From Nemertoderma westbladi (lineage: Eukaryota > Animalia > Xenacoelomorpha), in assembly GCA_032718475.1 (NCBI GenBank), contig JAUCBJ010002200.1, positions 1-64,000 of the forward strand: a stretch of DNA of 64,000 bases. Reading direction: 5' to 3'. The position numbers and the translations under genes were made by a program. Positions 12,501 to 27,500 of the stretch are shown here, piece after piece (position 1 is the stretch's first letter; each line of letters opens with the position of its first letter). The notes beneath the pieces were generated by a model that saw only the letters and a list, made by a program, of their open reading frames with translations, was not told the origin of the DNA and ran no database searches.

Positions 12501-15500
12501 TAATTATAAGACTGAATGATTACGTATAGGGAGCCCGATCCAACGATGATACAACTGTACCAACCTGTACCAAGCCCCTCCAGTAATACAACTGTACCAA
12601 CCTGTACCATCCCCTCCATTAATACAAATGTATCAACCTGTACCAAGCCCCTCCATTAATACAACTGTACCAACCTGTACCATCCCCTCCATTAATACAA
12701 CTGTACCAACCTGTACCAAGCTCCTCCAGTAATACAACTGTAACTGTACCAACCTGTACCAAGCTCCTCCATTACTACAACTGTACCAACCTGTACCAAG
12801 CCCCTCCAGTAATACAACTGTACCAACCTGTACCAAGCCCCTCCATTAATACAACTGTACCAAGCTCCTCCATTAATACAAATGTATCAACCTGTACCAA
12901 GCCCCTCCGTTAATACAACTGTACCAACCTGTACCATCCCCTCCATTAATACAACTGTATCAACCTGTACCAAGCCGCTCCAGTAATACAACTGTACCAA
13001 CCTGTACCAAGCTCCTCCAGTAATACAACTGTACCAACCTGTACCAAGCTCCTCCATTAATACAAATGTATCAACCTGTACCAAGCCCCTCCATTAATAC
13101 AACTGTACCAACCTGAACCATCCCCTCCATTAATACAACTGTACCAACCTGTACCAAGCCCCTCCAGTAATACAACTGTACCAACCTGTACCAAGCTACT
13201 CCAATAATACAAATGTATCAACCTGTACCAAGCCCCTCCATTAATATAACTGTACCAACCTGTACCAAGCTCCTCCAGTAATACAACTGTACCAACCTGT
13301 ACCAAGCTCCTCCAGTAATACAACTGTACCAACCTGTACCAAGCCCCTCCAGTAATACAACTGTACCAACCTGTACCAAGCTCCTCCAGTAATACAACTG
13401 TACCAACCTGTACCAAGCTCCTCCAGTAATACAACTGTACCAACCTGTACCAAGCTCCTCCAGTAATACAACTGTACCAACCTGTACCAAGCTCCTCCAG
13501 TAATACAACTGTACCAACCTGTACCAAGCTCCTCCAGTAATACAACTGTACCAACCTGTACCAAGCTCCTCCAGTAATACAACTGTACCAACCTGTACCA
13601 AGCCCCTCCAGTAATACAACTGTACCAACCTGTACCAAGCTCCTCCAGTAATACAACTGTACCAACCTGTACCAAGCTCCTCCAGTAATACAACTGTACC
13701 AACTTGTACCAAGCCCCTCCAGTAATACAACTGTACCAACCTGTACCAAGCTCCTCCAGTAATACAACTGTACCAACCTGTACCAAGCTCCTCCATTAAT
13801 ACAAATGTATCAACCTGTACCAAGCCCCTCCATTAATACAACTGTACCAACCTGTACCATCCCCTCCATTAATACAACTGTACCAACCTGTACCAAGCCC
13901 CTCCAGTAATACAACTGTACCACCCTGTACTAAGCTACTCCATTAATACAAATGTATCAACCTGTACCAAGCCCCTCCATTAATACAACTGTACCAAGCT
14001 CCTCAATTAATACAAATGTATCAACCTGTACCAAGCCCCTCCATTAATACAACTGTACCAAGCTCCTCCAGTAATACAACTGTACCAACCTGTACCAAGC
14101 CCCTCCAGTAATACAACTGTACCAACCTGTACCATCCCCTCCATTAATACAAATGTATCAACCTGTACCAAGCCCCTCCATTAATACAACTGTACCAACC
14201 TGTACCATCCCCTCCATTAATACAACTGTACCAACCTGTACCAAGCTCCTCCAGTAATACAACTGTAACTGTACCAACCTGTACCAAGCTCCTCCATTAC
14301 TACAACTGTACCAACCTGTACCAAGCCCCTCCAGTAATACAACTGTACCAACCTGTACCAAGCCCCTCCATTAATACAACTGTACCAAGCTCCTCCATTA
14401 ATACAAATGTATCAACCTGTACCAAGCCCCTCCATTAATACAACTGTACCAACCTGTACCATCCCCTCCATTAATACAACTGTATCAACCTGTACCAAGC
14501 CGCTCCAGTAATACAACTGTACCAACCTGTACCAAGCTCCTCCAGTAATACAACTGTACCAACCTGTACCAAGCTCCTCCATTAATACAAATGTATCAAC
14601 CTGTACCAAGCCCCTCCATTAATACAACTGTACCAACCTGAACCATCCCCTCCATTAATACAACTGTACCAACCTGTACCAAGCCCCTCCAGTAATACAA
14701 CTGTACCAACCTGTACCGAGCTACTCCATTAATACAAATGTATCAACCTGTACCAAGCCCCTCCATTAATACAACTGTACCAAGCTCCTCAATTAATACA
14801 AATGTATCAACCTGTACCAAGCCCCTCCATTAATACAACTGTACCAACCTGTACCATCCCCTCCATTAATACAACTGTACCAACCTGTACCACGCCCCTC
14901 CATTAATACAACTGTACCAACCTGTACCATCCCCTCCATTATACAACTGTACCAACCTGTACCAAGCCCCTCCAGTAATACAACTGTACCAAGCTCCTCC
15001 ATTAATACAAATGTACCAACCTGTACCACGCCCCTCCATTAATACAACTGTACCAACCTGTACCATCCCCTCCATTATACAACTGTACCAACCTGTACCA
15101 AGCCCCTCCATTAATACAACTGTACCAAGCTCCTCCAGTAATACAACTGTACCAAACTGTACCAAGCCCCTCCATTAATACAACTGTACCAACCTGTACC
15201 ATCCCCTCCATTAATACAACTGTACCAACCTGTACCACGCCCCTCCATTAATACAACTGTACCAACCTGTACCATCCCCTCCATTATACAACTGTACCAA
15301 CCTGTACCAAGCCCCTCCATTAATACAACTGTACCAAGCTCCTCCAGTAATACAACTGTACCAACCTGTACCAAGCCCCTCCAGTAATACAACTGTACCA
15401 ACCTGTACCACGCCCCTCCATTAATACAACTGTACCAACCTGTACCATCCCCTCCATTATACAACTGTACCAACCTGTACCAAGCCCCTCCAGTAATACA

Positions 15501-18500
15501 ACTGTACCAACCTGTACCAAGTCCCTCCATTAATACAACTGTACCAACCTGTACCATCCCCTCCAGTAATACAACTGTACCAACCTGTACCAAGCTCCTC
15601 CATTACTACAACTGTACCAACCTGTACCAAGCCCCTCCAGAAATACAACTGCACCAACCTGTACCAAGCCCCTCCATTAATACAACTGTACCAAGCTCCT
15701 CCATTAATACAAATGTATCAACCTGTACCAAGCCCCTCCATTAATACAACTGTACCAACCTGTACCATCCCCTCCATTAATACAACTGTACCAACCTGTA
15801 CCAAGCCCCTCCAGTAATACAACTGTACCAACCTTTACCAAGCTCCTCCATTAATACAAATGTATCAACCTGTACCAAGCCCCTCCATTAATACAACTGT
15901 ACCAACCTGTACCATCCCCTCCATCCCCTCCAGTAATACAACTGTACCAACCTGTACCAAGCTCCTCCAGTAATACAACTACCAACCTGTACCAAGCTCC
16001 TCCAGTAATACAACTGTACCAACCTGTACCAAGCTCCTCCAGTAATACAACTGTACCAACCTGTACCAAGCTCCTCCAGTAATACAACTGTACCAACCTG
16101 TACCAAGCCCCTCCAGTAATACAACTGTACCAACCTGTACCAAGCTCCTCCAGTAATACAACTGTACCAACCTGTACCAAGCTCCTCCATTAATACAAAT
16201 GTATCAACCTGTACCAAGCCCCTCCATTAATACAACTGTACCAACCTGAACCATCCCCTCCATTAATACAACTGTACCAACCTGTACCAAGCCCCTCCAG
16301 TAATACAACTGTACCAACCTGTACCAAGCTACTCCATTAATACAAATGTATCAACCTGTACCAAGCCCCTCCATTAATACAACTGTACCAAGCTCCTCAA
16401 TTAATACAAATGTATCAACCTGTACCAAGCCCCTCCATTAATACAACTGTACCAACCTGTACCATCCCCTCCATTAATACAACTGTACCAACCTGTACCA
16501 CGCCCCTCCATTAATACAACTGTACCAACCTGTACCATCCCCTCCATTATACAACTGTACCAACCTGTACCAAGCCCCTCCAGTAATACAACTGTACCAA
16601 GCTCCTCCATTAATACAAATGTACCAACATGTACCACGCCCCTCCATTAATACAACTGTACCAACCTGTACCATCCCCTCCATTATACAACTGTACCAAC
16701 CTGTACCAAGCCCCTCCATTAATACAACTGTACCAAGCTCCTCCAGTAATACAACTGTACCAACCTGTACCATCCCCTCCATTATACAACTGTACCAACC
16801 TGTACCAAGCCCATCCATTAATACAACTGTACCAAGCTCCTCCAGTAATACAACTGTACCAACCTGTACCAAGCCCCTCCAGTAATACAACTGTACCAAC
16901 CTGTACCACGCCCCTCCATTAATACAACTGTACCAACCTGTACCATCCCCTCCATTATACAACTGTACCAACCTGTACCAAGCCCCTCCAGTAATACAAC
17001 TGTACCAAGCTCCTCCATTAATACAAATGTATCAACCTGTACAAAGCCCCTCCATTAATACAACTGCACCAAGCTCCTCCATTAATACAAATGTATCAAC
17101 CTGTACCAAGCCCCTCCATTAATACAACTGTACCAACCTGTACCATCCCCTCCAGTAATACAACTGTACCAACCTGTACCAAGCTCCTCCATTACTACAA
17201 CTGTACCAACCTGTACCATCCCCTCCATTAATACAACTGTACCAACCTGTACCACGCCCCTCCATTAATACAACTGTACCAACCTGTACCATCCCCTCCA
17301 TTATACAACTGTACCAACCTGTACCAAGCCCCTCCATTAATACAACTGTACCAAGCTCCTCCAGTAATACAACTGTACCAACCTGTACCAAGCCCCTCCA
17401 GTAATACAACTGTACCAACCTGTACCACGCGCCTCCATTAATACAACTGTACCAACCTGTACCATCCCCTCCATTATACAAATGTATCAACCTGTACCAA
17501 GCCCCCCCATTAATACAACTGCACCAAGCTCCTCCATTAATACAAATGTATCAACCTGTACCAAGCCCCTCCATTAATACAACTGTACCAACCTGTACCA
17601 TCCCCTCCAGTAATACAACTGTACCAACCTGTACCAAGCTCCTCCATTACTACAACTGTACCAACCTGTACCAAGCCCCTCCAGAAATACAACTGTACCA
17701 ACCTGTACCAAGCCCCTCCATTAATACAACTGTACCAAGCTCCTCCATTAATACAAATGTATCAACCTGTACCAAGCCCCTCCATTAATACAACTGTACC
17801 AACCTGTACCATCCCCTCCATTAATACAACTGTACCAACCTGTACCAAGCCCCTCCAGTAATACAACTGTACCAACCTTTACCAAGCTCCTCCATTAATA
17901 CAAATGTATCAACCTGTACCAAGCCCCTCCATTAATACAACTGTACCAACCTGTACCATCCCCTCCATCCCCTCCAGTAATACAACTGTACCAACCTGTA
18001 CCAAGCTCCTCCAGTAATACAACTACCAACCTGTACCAAGCTCCTCCAGTAATACAACTGTACCAACCTGTACCAAGCTCCTCCAGTAATACAACTGTAC
18101 CAACCTGTACCAAGCTCCTCCAGTAATACAACTGTACCAACCTGTACCAAGCCCCTCCAGTAATACAACTGTACCAACCTGTACCAAGCTCCTCCAGTAA
18201 TACAACTGTACCAACCTGTACCAAGCTCCTTCAGTAATACAACTGTACCAACCTGTACCAAGCTCCTCCAGTAATACAACTGTACCAACCTGTACCAAGC
18301 CCCTCCATTAATACAACTGTACCAAGCTCCTCCAGTAATACAACTGTACCAACCTGTACCAAGCTCCTCCAGTAATACAACTGTACCAACCTGTACCAAG
18401 CCCCTCCAGTAATACAACTGTACCAACCTGTACCAAGCTCCTCCAGTAATACAACTGTATCAACCTGTACCAAGCTCCTCCAGTAATACAACTGTACCAA

Positions 18501-21500
18501 CCTGTACCAAGCTCCTCCAGTAATACAACTGTACCAACCTGTACCAAGCTCCTCCAGTAATACAACTGTACCAACCTGTACCAAGCCCCTCCAGTAATAC
18601 AACTGTACCAACCTGTACCAAGCTCCTCCAGTAATACAACTGTATCAACCTGTACCAAGCTCCTCCAGTAATACAACTGTACCAACCTGTACCAAGCTCC
18701 TCCAGTAATACAACTGTACCAACCTGTACCAAGCTCCTCCAGTAATACAACTGTACCAACCTGTACCAAGCTCCTCCAGTAATACAACTGTACCAACCTG
18801 TACCAAGCCCCTCCAGTAATACAACTGTACCAACCTGTACCAAGCTCCTCCAGTAATACAACTGTACCAACCAGTACCAAGCTCCTCCAGTAATACAACT
18901 GTACCAACCTGTACCAAGCTCCTCCAGTAATACAACTGTACCAACCTGTACCAAGCTCCTCCAGTAATACAACTGTACCAACCTGTACCAAGCTCCTCCA
19001 GTAATACAACTGTACCAACCTGTACCAAGCTCCTCCAGTAATACAACTGTACCAACCTGTACCAAGCCCCTCCAGTAATACAACTGTACCAACCTGTACC
19101 AAGCTCCTCCAGTAATACAACTGTACCAACCTGTACCAAGCTCCTCCAGTAATACACCTGTACCAACTTGTACCAAGCCCCTCCAGTAATACAACTGTAC
19201 CAACCTGTACCAAGCTCCTCCAGTAATACAACTGTACCAACCTGTACCAAGCTCCTCCATTAATACAAATGTATCAACCTGTACCAAGCCCCTCCATTAA
19301 TACAACTGTACCAACCTGTACCATCCCCTCCATTAATACAACTGTACCAACCTGTACCAAGCCCCTCCAGTAATACAACTGTACCACCCTGTACTAAGCT
19401 ACTCCATTAATACAAATGTATCAACCTGTACCAAGCCCCTCCATTAATACAACTGTACCAAGCTCCTCAATTAATACAAATGTATCACCCTGTACCAAGC
19501 CCCTCCATTAATACAACTGTACCAAGCTCCTCCAGTAATACAACTGTACCAACCTGTACCAAGCTCCTTGTTCGCGCTTTCAGACCTTTGGCAGTTTAAC
19601 CCGCCAAATTAAAATGTCTTCTAGATATTAAATCGCTTTTTAGCCTATGACAAGTATTTGATTCACTACACTAGTCGAAACCAATCTGTGCGCGATCATT
19701 CACCCGCTGGATATTCCCGGGAGATTGGGTTCGACGGTTTAATTTTATTGCTATGTAAGCCTAATGTATTATTCGACTGACAGTATTATATAATCTCTGA
19801 CAATATTATTCACCTTAGGGAATATTAACAGTTCCTTTAGGACGTGGCGCTTTATTTATATAAACAGAGTTATGACTTAAACTACTCACAACGATATGGC
19901 TTAATTATAATTCACATATATGGCGCATTCTTTAGGAAATGCTTCTTTAACAGACTCACTCGTACACAATGCTGCACAATACTGCACACTAATCTGCCAA
20001 TCTTCACTGATTTTAGTCACATATAAAAGGAACACAGACTGACTCATGTAGGGTCTATCAAATAACATTAGATTCACTTCAAACCACTTTAACATAAGTC
20101 ACAATCGTTATAGGTAACCTTTCTCTCTTACCTTCGGTATATCAAGAATATTGGGTTTTCGGGGTTATTTCTCGTTATTCCAATATAATAATTCATCAAC
20201 AAATATAATGAATAACCGACAACAAATAGCAGTATACAGTATTGATTGAGCAGGTAATTTTTAGCAGTGAGATATTCAAGTGATTAAAAGCCAGTTAAAG
20301 GATATATGTCCTTATAATTAAACCTACTAGTGTTGAGCTAAAAAGCAGAAAGCACAAAACACTAAAAAGCCGTTCTTTCGTGGCTTTGAAAAACTCGTGA
20401 CTACTACTCTATACGAGGATACCAACTACCCTTATTCCACGAAGCTCCCGTTCAACACAGAGAAAGAGCAGTGAGATAGGAAAATTTCAGTTCAGTAGCT
20501 CTGTGATAGGTCAAAATCAAGGCTAACTCAAATTCTATTGGGAGATACAAAAACAAGGCTATGACGCAACCTTCCTAGGCTGGTTGGCCGATTAAACAGA
20601 GCCCAGATACCTGCGTACAGCAAATCAGCCAATAAGCTGGTAGCTTGCACTATTTTAGCTATAGATCCCCTTGAGAGTATTCTAGCGACCGGGGGGGAAC
20701 TGGCCAGCAAAGCAAACGAACCAGTTATACCACAAAAGCTTTTACACCGCTCCCAGAAAATGGGATTTAAGTCTATAAAATATACAAAATCACAGTTTCT
20801 AAAATATAAAAATACTCTAAACAGTTAGTCTTTCTTGCGCGGACGGCGTTTACGCAGTTTTTTAAAGCTAGCAAGAGTCATTTTCTCTTTGGGGCGAGCC
20901 ACTTTACGAGGAGGGCTGTAGCTCCTAGGCGAAGGGTGCAATATAATTGCATCAGAAGGTGCAGGGTTACGATCGGTATACCGTCCATTTCGATATGCTT
21001 CTCCTCAAGCTGATTTTCCTCCGTTTGTCATGGGATACGTTCGTCCAAAACTCTCGCAGAGAATAGGGTTTTCTAAGCTTGATATCTTCTTAGAGATTCG
21101 AGATTTCCCAATCGAACTGAGATAAGGCCAATTCGTTTATCGATTGGACTTACTGTTATAACTTACGTTTATCTGAACAAACGAAGGTTTCTTTTTTGAT
21201 CTTTGTAGAATAGCGTTTAATTCGTTTCGCACAACGTTCTCCTTCACCTTGATAAAGGGTTGTATCGCGTTAAACGGGGACGACCATACGGTTGGATAGT
21301 GATATTAGGTGTCCGCGTCACAATCCGGCTAGGTAAGATGGGCGGCTAGCTAGGAATCACTATCGGAGTGTTACCGATTAATTGTTAGGGTAGCACTAGA
21401 TCTTTGAGCAGTGAATACAGCTCGGGAGGATCCGTCATACTAATAGGATCAAGAGTCTGAGGCCTCACTAGGGAATGAGGAGCTCTGATCGAGTATTCCG

Positions 21501-24500
21501 AAACTCTGATCATTGGTTTATTTAAGGATCGTCTGAGTCGAACGAGCGTAGGTGATACATTGAACAAGTTTCGCTCGAAACTCCCGTAAGTATAGCGAGT
21601 AAAACCGTGTTTAAAGCAACGTCTCCGCGGATGTTTATGTCTTTCTGTTTGTTGGTTGGGTCTTGGGCATTCATCACAATAACACCAAAGACACACGTCT
21701 TATAGGGGAAACGCGAGTGATCCTTCTCCAGCTTACAATACTCCTCCATCCGTTCGAAGCTATCCGGTACAACAGGTAGCGGTCGATCGGCGGTAAGATA
21801 CATCATAGTGGAATAGAGCCGTTTGAGTTCCACCATGCGGTCATGATGTATACCTTGAGGATATCGAGTTTCTAGATTCTGTTGACTGGTAATATCGAGA
21901 TAGGTTTCTCTCAATAATTCCAAGTATTTGGTGAAGTCGCTGCGTTTATCCGGCTCTTCAACATCTGTACTTTCGATTCGGTTTCGCATAGAATTCTTAT
22001 ATTCGATTCTCGGTTTATTGTTCCGCCTCCGCTGGGTATGATATTTAAATAGAACCATTTCCCTTTTGGTGTCTATATCGTCTATATCGTGTAAATCGAT
22101 AGGATGACCAGTAGTTAAGAAGGCCATATACGTACCATTACGCTGCGTATATCGAGCAGCGAATTTTCTATAGTCCAACTCGCGCGCGAGCTGCTCTTTG
22201 GACATTGGCGGTTCGATATAACGACCATCGTCCTCCGCAGCAGTTGGACTAACGTCGCCGCGTATTAAGCTATCAACAAACGCTTGTAAAAGTAGAGTAT
22301 ATCGCTCCCCGATACCAAGAACATCTTCTATCAACTCCGTCATATCTGCTATATATGAGTTTATCCATATTATAATGAGTTTATATTTAGGCGAGCGGGC
22401 GTCGCTGCCTACCCCTCTTTGCCCCCCGGACAGTGCGAGATCCTCAGCGCCGATGTGTCGCCGCCGATGTACTTTCGCCAACGATGTAGCCGCACAACGA
22501 CAACGACAACCGGCACAAGTCACTCGACTGTCCGTCCCAAAGGCTTAGATTTAGATGTACTTCAGGTTTTCCTTGGAGAGTTAGGTTACTTTTACGATTG
22601 CGACTAGCTACTGTAAACACACTTTAGCAGTAACATTCACCTATAAACTCACAAATACCACACAACTGGTCACAACTACGCACATTCGGGCCATTTGTCC
22701 GTTAGTCAATGCCTTCCAGAATGTCACTGTATTATTATGTATCCTTGGATACTAGTAGGGCGCTATTTATTCCCTATGCTATTCAATGGGACAAGCTTTC
22801 TATTGTTCTTTTAACTCAATTCTAATTCTAGCGTGGTTGTTGCTATGGTGACATTATGCAAAGCTAGCGGTAGAATTAGAGTAATTCCAATGCATACAGA
22901 TCTGGGATGTTATTTAATAGTATTCTTTAATAGTCAATGTTCTGTTTTATACATGACTTTATGAATTTTATCGGCTATTGACTAGGTTTGGGAGACTTTC
23001 GCACACTCATATGCATAATAAGATAAATCTCCGCTCCCTTGATCTATTAATTAATGGAATTTTGGGAATGTTATAAATTGCGTAAAAATGGCAATTTATT
23101 AAATTCATTAAAAGGCATGAATTTAAATTATTCCCTGAGATTTTATTATTTGATAATTAAATGGACATGTTTTGATTCTAGAACATGTCTGGGGACACAA
23201 GATCCTTAATTCTATGACAATTGTCTTTTTAAGAATATCGGTAAATGCTACGATATCTTAATTGACTAGAATTGTTGAAGGATCTGAATTTTACAGATTT
23301 TGATTTATTAGATTTGCAAATATTAAATAATTAATATTTGAGATGGGCACCGATTTATTCCAGAACTTGTCTGGGGACGTTAACCACTGATTCTAGAATT
23401 TGTCTTTCAAGTATATCGGTGGGTGCCGCGATATCTTAATCGACTAGAATTACAGATGGTCAAAGGGTTTAACAGATTTATTTTGCGTTATACGCTACTG
23501 TTAAAGGGACATCACGCTACTATATGTATTATTTAATATACGGTATGAGAGCAATATCGCACGAAGCAATGTCAGTGTGAAGAGGCAAGTCGTTTCCAAG
23601 GTCTACCCAGAGCTTGGCTTAGCCGAGACACGAGGATCTGAACTTTGCATTCCTAATACTCTGCCTACCAATAACACTTAAATATAGTAGTGGCTTTATT
23701 GTACTTTAATAAGTACGGACATTTCATCTTACTGTAGTTACGTATTTATAATATAATACGGACAGTAAGGAAAGAGAAAAAATAATTATTTCTTCGCCGT
23801 CTCACTAAATATAATATAAGTAATTACGTACGTAATAAACACGAATATATTGCTCTATTCTACAAAATAATCGCTAAATAATATTCTACTAAATTAAATA
23901 AAACGATTATAATAAAATTACATAGTAATACATACATAAATATAAAAATAATAAAAATATAAAATAATAGAGTCACACGCCCACTCCGAACGATATTAAG
24001 TTGGGGAGTCCCTAGATGTCGGTTGGATTAGGGAAGTGGTCGTGGGAAGAGTTTCTTGCCTTCCATAGTTTCCGGAGAGCTCTCTGTCTCTTTCCAGTAA
24101 ACATAAACGTCCCACCGGGCGATTGAGATGTTGAGTCTCAAAGACTATCCCTGGTTTCTTAAAGTTACGTCGCATGACGACGAGTTCTACGGATCGCACC
24201 AAACCATCGCTCGAGATATGAGTCTCGATGATACGTCCTGTTTGCCATCGCTTACGTGGGAGATCGGGGTCCACAATAAGCACCATGTCTCCAGCGCTGA
24301 CGTTTTCTTGCTGCGCAAACCACTTAGTTCGAAGTTGTAGAGTGGGCAGGTAATGTTTCTCGAAATGGTCAGCGAAACGACGGGATAGCAACTGCATAAG
24401 TTGCCAGGTTCGACGGCAGTACTCGTCTCCGTCTGTGATCTCCGATCGTGGGAGCATGGCTACGGGTTTCTTCAGTAGAAAGTGCGCGGGTGTTAGCGCT

Positions 24501-27500
24501 TCCAGGGAATCAGGACTTGAAGAGACTGGCATAAGCGGTCTTTCGTTGAGATAAGCGGCGATTTCCTCCATTAACGTCCGCAATAGTTCGTCGGTGAGAT
24601 AAGCGCGACAAGGCACAATAAAGTGGAACGCAGTCTTCACGCTCCTAATCAATCTCTCCCAACTTCCTCCCCACCAAGGGGCGTCGGCGGCGTTGAAGGT
24701 CCAGCTAGACGCTGTTATCCTTAGCTGATCGTCCACCTGTCTTTTGTTCCAGTCCTTTACGTAAGCTTGAATTTCGTTGTTGGCGCCAATGAAGTTCGTT
24801 CCCTTATCCGATCTCATCGTGTTACTGGTTCCGAAACGAGCGATCTGTCGTCGTAAACTCAACACGAAGCTGTTGGTGGATAGATCGTTTACCATATCGA
24901 GATGGATAGCTCTACAAGTCATACAAACGAAGATGACACACCATCTCTTGACTATAGTCCGGGCACGATATACTTCAATAGGGCCAAATAAATCCACACC
25001 GGTATTAGTAAAGGGTGGTTCATAGAAGCTTACTCTTTCCCTAGGTAATTCTGCCTCTCGCTGTGTTAAAGGCCTACTGAATGCTTTCCTACAGGGTATG
25101 CAGTTCCTAAGAACTTGGTTCAGAGCCCTACGGGGTTTATAAAAATAGTAGCGAGTTCGAATTTCGCTCAGAACTCGTTCTCTACCAGCATGGTACAGTT
25201 TGCTATGAACATCTACAATTATCTTGATTTGTATGTCAAGATTTCTAATGAGGATGGGAAACTTAGTGTCAAAGGATAATGGGGCGTTGGTCAGTCTACC
25301 TCCAACACGTATTAACCCATCTATCATGGTACTAGAGAAGCGATCCCTTAAGCGCATCTGTGGATTTCTTAATAACAGGAAATACTTATCGGAATCCTCA
25401 TAGCATTGTAGGAGTCTCAGCATCTGTTTGTTGGTTTCATCATGCTCCTGGTAGCTGATCTTCTCCTTTAGAAACCTGTCGGATACCTTGTATTGGGGAA
25501 GATCTTTAACAACATGGACTCGTGCAGATGTTGATGGAGCATCATCACTATGGGTCTTTGTCCCGGAGTAACGATGATGAAAACATCGTTTTAGATAGGT
25601 GACAGCTTTACAGAGCCGATTCCAGGAACTGTAGTGACGTATCGCTCTCTGCAAGAGAGGTGAGAGTCCTTGCGAAATATCTGGTATTCCAGATTTCCAA
25701 TCCTTGTCACGGATTTCCAAGACTTCTTTAGTCGTGGCAGTGGGTTTCTGATCCAAAGCATCATCTCCGGAAGTAAATAATACAGATAGATCAACCGCAG
25801 GCTTAAACAACTTCGATTTACTCGCTCGAGTTTTGGGTTTAACTTTCTCCGCTCCCTTGGCCTGTCTGATCTCTGCTGTTGTGAGATGGGGTGGCCATTC
25901 TTCTTCTTCTCTGTAGAGAAAGTCAGGTCCTCCTAACCATTCGGGAGTATTTACCAATTCCTTTGGAGTCGCTCCCCGGGAAGCGATGTCTGCTGGGTTA
26001 ATCGTTCCGGGGCAATGTCTCCATTGGTCCATCGTCGTGCGACTAAGTATGATGGCTACCCTGTTGGTAACGAAGACGCTGAACTGACAGACTTCATTGG
26101 TTATATACTCTAACACGAGTAAAGCGTCGGTCCAATAGACAGTTTTCTCTAATGTATAGTCAATCTGTTCGGTTACATTCCGGCCGATGGCTGTAGCGTA
26201 TAGAGCCGCTTTTAACTCCGCTCGAGGAACTTTCAACTTGTTGTTGATTAATGCCTTAGAAGTAACCAAGGCGACTTTGATTCCATCCGGAGTTTCCACT
26301 CTTAGGTAGGCTACTATACCTATTCCCATATCGCTGGCGTCTCCAAACACACGGAGTTGATAGGAATACGTAGGGAGAACATGACCAAAATATGAACGGG
26401 AAATTATAAAATCCTCGATAGCCGGCAGAGAATCTTCCCATTTCATCCACTTCTTCAATAATTCTCCCTTAAGTGGATCGTCCCATGAGTGGTTTTCAAG
26501 CCACATTTGTTGTACCAAACTACGAGCAATCAATATAACTGGGCTAATAAATCCCAATGGATCGAAATAAGTGCTCAGTATACTTAAGCAAATCCGTTTG
26601 GTTCGAACTAGATTATCTCGCTGTTTTAGCTGGAAAAACAGGATATCTCGCTCTGTGTCCCATTTCAAGCCGAGTGTCTTGGTTTCTGGCAGATCATCTT
26701 TGATCAAATCGAGATCTTTCGCTCCTCGATCTTCCGCAGGGATCGACTCCAGAAACTCACGGGAGTTGCTGGTGAATTTCGTTAATCGAAACCCACCTCT
26801 TTTTAAGCACTCTACCGTTCCTTTAGCGACCTCAATGGCTTCCTCAACTGATGGGAGGGACTTCAGATTGTCGTCCATGTATATGTCTCTCTTGATGTTG
26901 TCGATCACTTCCTTAGAGAATGCCTCTCGGTTGTCCTCTGCAGTAGTACGCACTACCGAACAGGCGTTGGAAGGGCTTGAGATTATCCCAAAGGCCTGGA
27001 TGGTCATCCAGTACTCCACCGGTTTCTGGTTGAGGTCTCCTTCGGGCCACCACAGAAATCGTAGACTATCTCGATCCCTATCTAACACCTTGACTTGTAA
27101 GAACATGCCTTCTATATCGGAGGCGAAAGCAATCGAATATTGTCTCAATCTTAAAAGAATCCCCAACAAAGATTGAAGCAAGTTGGGTCCGGGTAACAAT
27201 TCAGAGTTAAGGGATTGACCCATGTAAAGAGCGGAGCCATCAAACACTACTCTCACTTCGTGTGGCTTACCGGGTTTAGGAACGTAATGGTGAGTTAAGT
27301 AATACGTTCTTTCAGTCACAGATGTTTCTTCCGGTACTCTCTCCGCGTATCCCTTACTAATAAATTTTTCCAGCTGTGTTTGATACATTGCTTTAGCTGA
27401 AGAATTAGCCGTAAGGCGTCAATGGAGTTGCGCGATTCTTTTTTCCACCAAAGGTCTGTTATTGATGAACTTCGGTTCTTTCTTGCGGAAAGGTAGACCG

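Noticed and set aside
21522-22523. env gene
   Set aside because: No signal peptide or convincing C-terminal TM anchor.
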